Shown here in pieces: positions 10,352-20,000 of a stretch of DNA of 20,000 nt (position 1 is the stretch's first letter; each line of letters begins with the position of its first letter). The stretch lies in NCBI GenBank assembly GCA_026025075.1, contig JAPEUI010000038.1, positions 112,952-132,951 of the forward strand, read 5' to 3'. Below the pieces are notes generated by a model that searched no databases, was not told where the DNA came from, and worked only from the letters and a program-made list of their open reading frames with translations. The translations under genes were made by a program, and so were the position numbers. Source of the stretch: Vezdaea acicularis. Taxonomy: Eukaryota.

Positions 10352-10566
10352 CACGAACGTAAAGAGACTAAGTTGCCGACAGGGAAAGGAATCGAGTTCG
10401 ATGAGTTTCTGAGATCTGATAATGACTGGGGTCCTGTAGGACAACCGATTGTTATGGGAGTTTTCGGGAGTTGCTGTATTTGATGACCGAAGGACTTTGG
10501 CTCCGTTCTAATGGCGATAAAGGCTGAGCGTTCTGGTCTTTGAATCTATCGGTGCAGAAGGGGGAC

Positions 10567-10583
10567 TTTTTTTTTTTTTTTTT
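10567..10583. repeat. Poly(dA:dT) tract (17 T) about 215 bp upstream of the 6PGL start
   Basis: Homopolymer seen directly. Its position fits a nucleosome-disfavouring promoter element (inference). Confidence 0.7.
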
Positions 10584-12523
10584 GCATGTGCTTGAAGCTT
10601 ATTCACCAGGTCCTGTACGAATCCGTGGATCGCCGGCTCACGGGTTCTGTTCTTCGGTGTGACCAAAGACGCTCCCCCGCCTCCCGTACCCACGGCTGCA
10701 GCCTTCTTCGGGCGGCTCTGGGACTTTCGAGCGCTTCTGAGAAATGTCGCTTGCGAGCCCGGAAAACTTGATATCATCACAATTTGAAGGAGCCTTGTTG
10801 TCGGCCCCATTGTCGGCCCCAAACCAACCATGACGTCTTCCTTCCCACTATCAAACCTTAAGGATAGATCATCCGTGCGGCGCATGATGCTTGCCGACGA
10901 TCTATTCAATCTTCCGATGGAGATGGCACTGATGTCATGCTCGTACGCTAATGAAAAGCGGAACTCTCCGTGGCCTTGAGAATACGTGGGCAATTCATTT
11001 TACGTACGTGCTGAGCGACTCGACCCATGACCTCAGTTTTGATATCTGGCAGTCTGAACACACATGCGTTCGCCATGTTGTTTTGCGGAGATCAATGCCG
11101 GAAAATGTCGCTTAGAAAGAATCTCGTCTCGATGCCTGTCGGCGCCCAAAAAAATCGTGGGCGTATTATCGAGTTCCCAATTGGATCCATTGACTCTCTT
11201 CAAAGCGCTGGACTAGGGCTATGAAAGACTGATATATACAGCGGATTGGAACATCGTAGGCGGTACTTCGTGCCGCATTAGCTACATTCTTTCGCCCGCC
11301 AAATGGTCCAAAGCGACCGTTCGCGCTCCGATATGTGCCCGCCGTCACAAGGCCCTACAGACGGGTAGAGGGCCTCAACAAAAAGCGAGGAGTACCCCAT
11401 TGGCAGACATTGAGATAACGAACGATGCTTTTCCTCTGGGAACGTTCTTCAACGTCGCCGGCTTCCCTATCCTGCACGGTCGTTCTGGTTTTGCTCACGA
11501 TGGCGGGGTATCAACGGGCGATAAGTCGCTAGGAATGCATTGTTGGCACACGCCAAAAGAGAGCCACGCATGAAGCCATCTGCCAACGCCGTTCATTTCC
11601 CCCCCCCTTTCGGCGGTGAACATGCACGAAAAGTCCCGAGCGACTGTCTACTTTAGGCCAGATATGAGGTCATGTGGACGGAAAGGCGAAATGCGACGCT
11701 CAGAGGGCTGGGGTACGAGAACGGGTCATCGCAATGCGCCAATTGTTCGCCACGAACCATCTAGGCCGGTCCAAAACTGGCTGTGGCTCATCATGCCAAA
11801 ACGGCTGACGGGGGGCCAACAGCCAGCAGCACGAGAGGATAGGATAAGGCCCCGGCATGACGGCGGTAGCGTCCTTCCGAAAGCGGCAACTAAGCGCCGA
11901 TCAGGACGCGACCGGTGGGGGAGGAACGGGACATGCCAGCGAAGGGCACGGCGGTGGGCGATGAGAGGGGGCACGAGCATGGGCCGAAAGTGGTGAGCGG
12001 GTCGCAACAAGCTCGACTGTGGCTGCGGTTGATCTGCTCGGTGGCTTGCAGGTGGCTTGCTCCTGCCAGACCCCCGCCGCTCCCGTGCCTTCGATCCAAA
12101 CGGCTTTTGGCACGAAATCAAGATTGCGGAACATGCCGTTTGGACAATTGCCGTTCTCTGTCAACCAGCTTTGGGGGAGAGGGGAGTGCTTCGCCGCTTC
12201 TTGGAAAACGAGGAATTGGATCGGGCTGTTGGCGGTCAAAGCAAAGCGATAGGAGCGCATGCGGAGCAAAAGATGAAGGCATCATCGCCATTTGTCGTCC
12301 GCCGTGTGCCGTTTGCCGTCCGCCGTTCTCGTCGAATTCCGTCACGCATCACGCACAAAAGGCGCAAGCGAGGCAGCGCACTCGCAATTAAACGTTGGAG
12401 GAGCATGCGTAGCGACCTCACGACACGATTTCGGTTATCTCAGAGATGGAGGAGGCCTGCGCTGCGCTCAGACGAGCCATGATCGGAGACTTGGCCGGCA
12501 TACCCCGTTTGGGTCCGAGCAGC

Positions 12524-12575
12524 AGAAGGAGGGAAGGAGGGAAGGAGGGATGGAGGGGAGGGAGGGATGGGAAGG
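12524..12575 (+). repeat. Polypurine GGA/GGGA low-complexity tract with several GGG runs
   Basis: AGAAGGAGGGAAGGAGGGAAGGAGGGATGGAGGGGAGGGAGGGATGGGAAGG is seen directly. Confidence 0.8.
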
Positions 12576-13074
12576 TGCGGATTGGACGGAAGCATGGGCC
12601 GGTCGCGACGGACGCGAGCACGATAGGGTTTTCGATGGAACGTGTCCAACGTCAAAGATCGGGCGAGGGGGGGTGAGAGCGTAAACGCGGAGTGCTGGGC
12701 GCCGGAGCGCCGGCGCGCGAGAGTGCGAGAGCGCGATGAGGAAGGAAGGACCGCAGCTGCGACCCGGAGTCCCTTCCGTTCGGTCGGGCCTCGTTGGTCG
12801 GCAGGTGCGGAGGGTACTTGGGGGTGGGCGAATGGGGTGGCACACGTGTGGGCGCGATGGCGGTAGCGTCACGTTACAATCCCTCGATAGGGCGTTAGGG
12901 TGTTTCGAAAAGAAGGCACAGAGGTGCGCAGCGGTGCACCGACGTGCGCGGCGGACGCAGCGCGCGCACGCTGAGAGGGGGAGCCGATCCACGAACCTGA
13001 GGAGGATGACGAGAGACGAGAGGTCCCGACGGCGGATGATTGGTCCGCCCACTTGTGTGCCCCCCCCGGCGCCG

Positions 13075-13140
13075 TCTCCTCCCACTCTTCCTCCGTCTTC
13101 CTCTCCCTCTCCCTCCGCTCCTCTCCCCTCCATTCCACCT
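13075..13140 (+). repeat. CT-rich polypyrimidine tract (fungal CT-box-like promoter/leader element)
   Basis: TCTCCTCCCACTCTTCCTCCGTCTTCCTCTCCCTCTCCCTCCGCTCCTCTCCCCTCCATTCCACCT is seen directly. Confidence 0.7.
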
Positions 13141-14301
13141 CGGCCGCGACGGCCGCCAAGATCTCCACTCGCTATCGGCCCCTGGCTATCGGGATTTAAT
13201 ATGGCGGATCTGGCTTTTGGGCCATCGAGAAGACGGCCATGCGATTTGGCACCGAACGGGGATAGTGTTCGACCGCGGGCTCCTCCATTCGCATCGACCG
13301 TTGCCCATGCCCGTTATCCCATCTCGACATCTTCGATATGTCGACACCACTCGCACCTTTTTTGCTCACTGACCCAGTTTTTGCAAAATGACCCCTCTTC
13401 GCGATGGTGTTCATTGGACAACAACCCTGACTCCGATCCACCGCGCCCCCCCCCCTCTTTTCTCCCCTCTTGCCCCGGTCGCCTCGCCGCTCGTCCTCAT
13501 TTCGCGCGTTGCCAGGACGTCAAGCCCATCTGCAGCTGCAAGCCCTGCCACGCCACTCTCGCACCTTTCGCCCTCGTTCTCTGCTCGGATCATTCTGCAA
13601 CGTTCTGCTTTCTGCCATGGCCCCCCGTTCTCCCCCAAGGCCGCGACAACCCAACGGCTGCCAAATCCGCTCGCTGCCGTTCAAGCCCCGCCGACGCCCA
13701 TTCGCTGCCGTACGCCTCCTCCTCCGATCTGGGGCCTTCTCCCCCCTTCGCTGGACGCAGACGCGCGTTGACAGGCCCGCCAGACCACTTGCCCAATGTG
13801 AGGCCCGCGCCCGACTGCTTTCAGACCGCACACATTTCTGTCTGCCCCCGGGCACCTGAACCTGCCTGTGCCGGCGATCCCATGCCCGAACGAGCCGCTC
13901 GCCCACATCAGCGACGTACCACGCCGGCGCTGCGCATTCGGCTTTCTCGTCTTGCGACGCGGCTTTTCGCGCCCTCCGTAGTTTTTTACAGGACGCAGGA
14001 CTGGGCGCGCCCATGACTGCTCGATGACCACCACCATGGCTGAACGCATACAAGACCCCCCCTCCATCCCCCTTCATGGAATCCCCTTCTCCTGCTCTCT
14101 ATATCATCCTCCATCTCCCACCGCATTTGAGAATATCCCATCTGCACATCACTTCCTGACGATCAGTCCCGAGACCCAACTCAATTTGTCCCATCTACTA
14201 CCACCTTGCCCTCCTTCAACCCTACCTCACCCTCAACCTCGCCACCCGCACCCACAATACCTTCTAAATTTTTATCAACGGACTTCTTCAATTACACAAC
14301 A

Positions 14302-14640
14302 ATGTCTTACGGATCCTCCACATCAAACGGCAACGCCGGCCGCTTCCTCCAAGTTCAGACCGCTGCTGCCTATTCGAATGGCCGGCCTTCCAGCCAACAG
14401 ATGGGCCGCATCGACAGTGCCAGCTCCTCAGGCTCCAATTCCTCCACCACCACCCCCGTCCAAGGCATCGCGCCCTGCGTTCGATGCCAGCGCTCTTTCA
14501 GCATCTCCGGCGACAACAGCGGCTCCGCACGAAGCTCGTTCGACGACGGTCTTTCCGTCAGCTCCGGCCCGATGGTCAAATTCGGGTACAACCTCTATTA
14601 CTGCGGACGCTGCGCCAGCATCGTGGGCTTCAAAAGCTGA
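14302..14640 (+). CDS. Hypothetical 112-aa Ser/Gly-rich protein with two CxxC motifs (putative C4 zinc-binding fold)
   Basis: The start context is good (ACAACAATG) and follows a C/A/T-rich leader. Codons are visibly biased to C endings. The protein is MSYGSSTSNG..APCVRCQRSF..MVKFGYNLYYCGRCASIVGFKS*. I do not recognise the family. Confidence 0.75.
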   Translation: MSYGSSTSNGNAGRFLQVQTAAAYSNGRPSSQQMGRIDSASSSGSNSSTTTPVQGIAPCVRCQRSFSISGDNSGSARSSFDDGLSVSSGPMVKFGYNLYYCGRCASIVGFKS

Positions 14641-16129
14641 AGAACCCTCCCTTCTACCATTCCAAACGAATTTTCTGCACATCTCCATCATTCGGTATTG
14701 AAGTTTCCACTCCGTCATCGCTCTTCCAGGGCGAGATTTTCTCGCGCATGACCGCGACGTATTCGATACGAGGAGGTACACAGAACTCCAAGGGCACGGC
14801 GTGGTGCATAATGTTTCATCCAGACCGCAAATCGACCAGTTACGCAAAGTTTGCCCGAGTTCATCCATCCATCCATTGAAGGGTCGAGGCCCACCGAAAC
14901 CAAAACGCAGGGCTGCAGCACGGCTATTCCTGGATTCGGTCCGCCGCGGACCGGGTACGACGGCCACCTCGGCTACCTGGGCTTCTAGAAGCCTCATTCG
15001 CCGCTTCATTGGGCGCGTGACTTCGCATGGCGTTTGTTCGATGAGTCTACCATCGGGGGACGCGAATCACATCGGCAATCTTCTGCAGTTTGGGTTTTCC
15101 TCTACGATGGCACTATGATTTATGTTGGCTCGTTTTCCTCCCGGCATTTTCGTCTGATACCACCGCAACATTATCACGATTTGTATGACGATTGAGGCAC
15201 TGCATGATTTTCACGGCCGCTCTACTGTCAGATTAGGGAGGAACATGCATGGCATCAATCACAATGGCGCATCAGGGAGGGAGCAATCACGTGCATGCGG
15301 TATACCCGGGACTGCGGGAGAAACGGTTATGAGCGGGCGTCATGAATTATGTCAATGTTTCCAGTTTTAGTCATTCTCAAGATAAATTCACAGTTTCCAA
15401 ACTCCGTGGAAGTTTCCCATCTCAATTCGTCTGATGCTCTGCAAGACACGTCAATGGCTTGGCACCGCCTCCATGCGTGCGTCGGTCGTGATGTTCCCAG
15501 ATGATGCTTTTGACGCAAGTGACGCACCCCGCGCATGACGTTTCAGAAAAGCAGCCACGACACCCCTAAATTAAGGGTCCACCGCATCTGAGACGTGTCG
15601 ATCCTCCTCCGCTCGGACAGATCGCAATCGCCCGGAACGTCACTTTAGCGTGACCCTGAGAATCAGGGAAGGAGCTTCTGGATTTTTTTTGGGTCGCGGT
15701 GGCTTGCAGAATTCTTAGCTCGCTTCGGATGGGAAAGGGTCCACAAGCCACAGTGACGTTTGCGCCTAAAAATATCGCATGAGGAGAAAGCGACGATCCG
15801 TCTCCGCATTAGCACCCCTCCCTTTTGACTTCATCAATCGTCAGTTTCAGAAAAAAAGGGATGACGGCCCAGAATTATCAATTCGGCTCCGGCCGCTCGG
15901 CCCCGACGGTGCAAATCGGCATTCCCCAAGTTCTCCAGTGCCGACATCTCGGTACGCTACCTAACGCATGCAGACCGTTGTTGTCATTATCGTGCCGTCC
16001 GCGATCGGCGACCGCCGATTGTCGATCAGTGAGTATCAGTGCCTTAAAGTAGAAGTCCGTGCGTGGCCTTGTTACAAAAGTCACATCATCAAGTGCCCGA
16101 GTCGATATTACCCCCTGTCGACCAGGAGA

Positions 16130-16142
16130 GGGGGGGGGGGGG
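16130..16142. repeat. Poly-G tract (13 G)
   Basis: Homopolymer seen directly, about 370 bp beyond the ALE1 stop codon. Confidence 0.75.
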
Positions 16143-16515
16143 TGGTTTCTCCTTGTGACTGAATTTGACGGTTCCAAGTTTGGAAGCGCTCAAACGGAGA
16201 AAGAACATAGCAGTGAACCCCCCGGGGAATAGCAGTATAGCAAATATGTTACAATGCGGCGCGGGTGAAGAAGATCTCCTTACTTCAGCATACGGCCACC
16301 GCCGGAAACGACCGGTACTACGTAGATGTTTCGTGAGACCCGAGAAATTGAACCTTGGCCACATGAGAAGCCAACTCCCGATGACCGCATGAACGAAGAG
16401 TTGAGAGCTCTCTACTCCGTGGGCAACCGAGAGAACAAGTCACCTTCGAGCATCCCGGTCTCGGCCCGACGAGAGATCAGTGGTTATCGATCATGTTGAA
16501 TATGGGAAAAAAGTA

Positions 16516-18594
16516 CTACGCTATCTTTACCCCTTTGACGCTCACGCTCTCCACCTCAACACCCCTTCTCCTGAGCTCCTCCACCTGTTCCCTCGCCTCC
16601 CGCACCGCATCCTCAACCTCTTTAGCTGGATCTCCTGGAATACCTAAAGCGCCGCTCGCATGGCCATCGTAGCTTGGCGTCTGCTTCACACCAGGCCTAG
16701 TCCTCTTGCTCAACTGCCTAATGAGCCACGCCTTGGCCGGGCTGGCGAAGAAAGCCATACTGAGCACTACGCCGATGGGGCAGTAGAACCAGACGCTTGC
16801 CCATGCCTTGAGGCATTCGGGCAGGCTGAGTAGGATAAAGGCTGCAACCGTGAACGAAAAGCTAAGTTGAGTGACCAGATAGGAGAAGAAGTCGTATGCG
16901 CGCTTGGATGGTAACGGGACGCCTGAGGGGGTCAGGAAGAATGGTCTGACGTAGCGCCGGAAGTTTTTGGCGACCGTCTGGAGGAAGGCGGCGAGCACGA
17001 ACGCAAGATAGTAGCCTGGGTAGAAACCGTGCCAGAAAGCGCTGGTAGCGAACGTCGCCATGCTTGCTCGGAATCCAGGCTTCTTGCCTCGGGGCGTAAC
17101 CCGGAGGTACATGTAATTCTTCAGCCAGTTGTTGGTATTCTTATTCCAGGCGTCAAGGTAAGCTCTGGTATTCTGTGCCGTCTCCTGCGCAATTGGATCT
17201 ACGTTTTGCAGGCGGTTCCATAGAATCTTCCCCGTCTTAGTATCGATACCCGCATAGCCCAGCCCAGAAAGAATACATGCACCCTCCGTCAGCGTCCATA
17301 CACCGTAATATTTCATGCGTGTGGTGAAACCGAGCATGTGAAGGAGCCAGACTCGCCGAACGAATGAGTATTTCATAAAATCATCTCCAAGAATCAAGGC
17401 GGGATTGTAGATAGCGGATGCTTTCAGGAAGAGCAAGATCCAGAGGAGGCCCGTCACAGCCTTGAAGAAGGCAGGTGTATGGCTTTGAGGAATCCTACGC
17501 TTTTTGCGGGTAGGCGGGAGTTTGGATGCAGGGACACCAGGAGGGGCGTCAAACATGGTAGTGTTGATCCAGCGCTGATAATCCACATAGTCGAAAGCAG
17601 GACCGGCCATGAGACCAGGAAAGAAAAACTAGGAGACAGTTATTCCTATGTTGAGCGGATGCAGATCAGAAAAGGGTCTTACCACGTATCCTGCGAAATC
17701 AAGAACGCTCGGAAGCTTGACTATCATGCGCTCCTTTTGGTAGTCGGCGAGGAACTCAGGAGGCTGTGTCCCATCATGGACGTTCCAACAAAATGCTGTC
17801 AGCTAAGGAACATGTTAACTCATATCCCCAATACTGGAGTTTCCCGAGGTGATTGCAGTGCCACACGACCAATTCGATGACGTTGGTGGAGTGAGCTCAA
17901 GGGTGAGGGCCAGTGCTGGGAGAGCCCTCAGTGCTGACTGTCGTCATATTTTGCTTTCATACCTTCATTATCAAAACCATCTGTGCCCCTATGAAACTTT
18001 AGAGATAGAACCCATGATACGTCATGCATGGAATAGCAGCATACCCGTGACATCGACCGTGCCAGGCAAATTCTGAGCTTGTCGGTAGATGTGATTGATT
18101 GACATGTGCCCCATCAAGAAAACGAAAGCTATCCATGGCATAAAGCCGCCTTTGATATTACCCGCAATCAAGTACGCTCCAGCCGAGCTTATCAATATTG
18201 TTCGAACACCAGTCCATAGATCGAAAAGCCCCACGAGGTAGAACAGGGAAACTCTACTGCAGTAAGTGGAAGCTCCATACGTGTCAGGCGATCTCCGTAC
18301 CCAACATTGAAAAGATTCTTGTAAGCAGGTTTCGAATCCGGTATTCGTTTGAGGATGGCGGCTAACGGATAAGATAGAAGAAAGGATGTGATGAGCTTCA
18401 CTGCACAATGCGATGTTGTATTAGCGTCTACAACTTGGAGCGGACGGGCAAAGGAGGGTTCACATTCGTCTATGGCGGCGCCTGTCAAGCCGCCGGCGTA
18501 CGCAAAAGCTACGGATCAGAATGGCGTTAGCAGATACCTTAAATTCTTGAGCCCTGGATTGCTTTAGCTTACGAATATTAATGTAAGGCAACAT
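16516..18594 (-). CDS. ALE1: MBOAT lysophospholipid acyltransferase; 7 exons: 18594-18573, 18508-18464, 18400-18301, 18253-18045, 17988-17963, 17802-17683, 17628-16516
   Basis: The spliced protein is MLPYINIPFAY..DELKLITSFLLSYPLAAILKRIPD..VDVTGAQMVLIMKLTAFCWNVHDG..FFFPGLMAGPAFDY..WNKNTNNWLKNYMYLRVTP..TSAFWHGFYPGYY, which includes the MBOAT catalytic Asn and His. Confidence 0.94.
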
Positions 18595-19391
18595 TGCATT
18601 GACGAAGCTATCGCTCCACCTCACATCATGAAAGCCTAAATAGGGGCCTTGAGGCAATGGATCGTGGCAGGCCAAGCTTTTTCGATCATCGGCGTCTGTC
18701 TGGTGGGGGACAAGCTCGCTAGTTCTTCTTGCAGCATTCAACATTCAACAATCGATCACTGCATGTCAACCATTTCAGGGATCTCCCAATTGCTACAAGC
18801 GGACCGAGACAAACTCAGTACTTAAAATAAACATTTTTCAAATAGAGTTCAGGTTACTTGAAATTTACCTGAAAGTCTGAAACAAAAACTTTCCCTTTTC
18901 GTTGTGTGAAAATCATTTTTGGCTGTTTGGGCGCTGTTCAAATAATGTTGATCACTGTCAAATCCATGTGCTCTACGCCCCATGAAGATGAATGTTCTAC
19001 CCATACGCTGCAGCGAAATATTTCGCAAAGTAAAGTCCGTCTCATTCATTCCGTAAAAATGGTCCCTTCGTGAGGTTTACTTCTAGCTGACCTCCACGAA
19101 CAGCTCCGCTAGCTGCTCTTCAATGAAGAGTCGAAATGCTTTTTATGTCGCAAAGCTTTCTCTCGCTTCCGCAAAAGCACCTAGCTTTTAGCGCAACACT
19201 TGCATGCAGCGGAGCTCACTAATAATCCTCAGGTCAGCCTGCGAAGAGCCGCATGTGCTCTAGCTCTTATTTGAGATGACTGAGCCAGAGATACGGTGGA
19301 AGCTTGAGTTATTAAGCTAGTTGACCAAACTCTTGTACCAATAATTTTACGAATTACGTCGTCCTGGCCCAGTGGGCGCTACGTATTCGCC

Positions 19392-20000
19392 ATGGACGTT
19401 GTTCAGGCAACTGCGCATTACATATCTAAGATCATGTCTACTGGAGATGGGACACTGGCAGCAAAGATGAAGATTCTGCTCTTAGATAGTGAAACTGTGA
19501 GTTTATCAAGTCGTAGTGTTTATTCTGTAGTAATTTTGATTCAAGGTATCTATCATCGCAACTGCAACCACGCAGTCCGCCCTTCTAAACCACGAAGTCT
19601 ATCTAATCGAGTACGGAAAACCCCTCTGCGGTGATACGAAGTTCTGATAGTGGTTATTAGTCGAATAGACAACCTGGCTCGCGAGAAAATGCGCCATCTA
19701 CGTTGCTTATGTTTCCTCCGTCCGACACCAGATTCAATACAATTCCTCATTGATGAATTCCGAGACCCTAAATATGGCGAATACAACCTTTGTGAGTCAT
19801 AAGTGCTAGGATTACAAGCGATTTTCAGCTTAGACTTTGCTGGTAGATTTCAGTAACACCATTAAGAAGAGCGCTTTGGAACGGCTCGCGGAAGCCGACG
19901 ATCATGAAGTAGTCCGTGTTGTGCAGGAATGTTTTGCGGATTACTTAGTCATCAATCCAGACCTTTGTACATTCAACGTCAGTTTTCCAAAGCAAAGAAT
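19392..20000 (+). CDS. VPS45: Sec1/Munc18 family vacuolar protein sorting protein Vps45, 5' part, truncated by the window end; exons 19392-19496, 19546-19610, 19661-19791, 19847->20000
   Basis: The spliced protein is MDVVQATAHYISKI..KMKILLLDSET/VSIIATATTQSALLNHEVYLID/RIDN..REKMRHLRCLCFLRPTPDSIQFLIDEFRDPKYGEYNL/YFSNTIKKSALERLAEADDHEVVRVVQECFADY. Confidence 0.95.

Noticed and set aside
10352..10444. TTG-initiated N-terminal extension of 6PGL in the ORF track
   Set aside because: Family similarity begins at the ATG at 10351, and the extension does not look like a clear targeting peptide.
10508..10993. 161-aa minus-strand ORF
   Set aside because: It has a non-ATG start, runs through the poly-A tract (poly-Lys) in the 6PGL promoter, and has no recognisable domain.
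11350..11375. 7-bp hairpin AGGCCCT/AGGGCCT next to an A run, resembling an intrinsic terminator
   Set aside because: The context is eukaryotic and a stem this short is expected by chance.
12894..12901. GTTAGGGT (ACCCTAAC on the minus strand) as a telomerase RNA template
   Set aside because: It is only 8 nt, and I could not identify a pseudoknot or CR4/5 element. An Infernal search with a Pezizomycotina telomerase RNA model would be needed to revive the idea.
12736..14016. 426-aa plus-strand ORF and overlapping Arg/Pro-rich ORFs in all frames
   Set aside because: The low-complexity R/P/A/S composition and open frames on both strands are typical of stop-poor GC-rich non-coding DNA. No domain is recognisable.
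11600..16400. Transposon or horizontally acquired insertion as the explanation for the island
   Set aside because: I could identify no terminal repeats, target-site duplication, or transposase/RT/integrase motifs.

Overview
Eukaryotic, intron-rich DNA from a filamentous ascomycete (Pezizomycotina-like splice signals and proteins). I reconstructed nine protein-coding genes by hand, most of them fragmented or missed in the ORF track. In order: Rdx/SelW-like CxxC protein (+), G-protein gamma subunit (-), YLR345W-like 6-phosphofructo-2-kinase/fructose-2,6-bisphosphatase (+, 11 exons), CWC22 (-), DPM2 (+), 6-phosphogluconolactonase (-), an unassigned 112-aa protein with two CxxC motifs (+), ALE1-type MBOAT acyltransferase (-) and the 5' part of VPS45 (+). 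The flanks are compact housekeeping DNA. The unexplained part is a ~6 kb gene-poor, partly GC-rich island (about 10400-16500). It holds one small putative zinc-binding gene, a dense cluster of AACGG (Myb-like) motifs, opposed purine/pyrimidine tracts and a possible divergent spliced transcript. I see no supportable tRNA, rRNA, transposon or CRISPR array. I cannot demonstrate a new biological system from sequence alone; the island is the best candidate.
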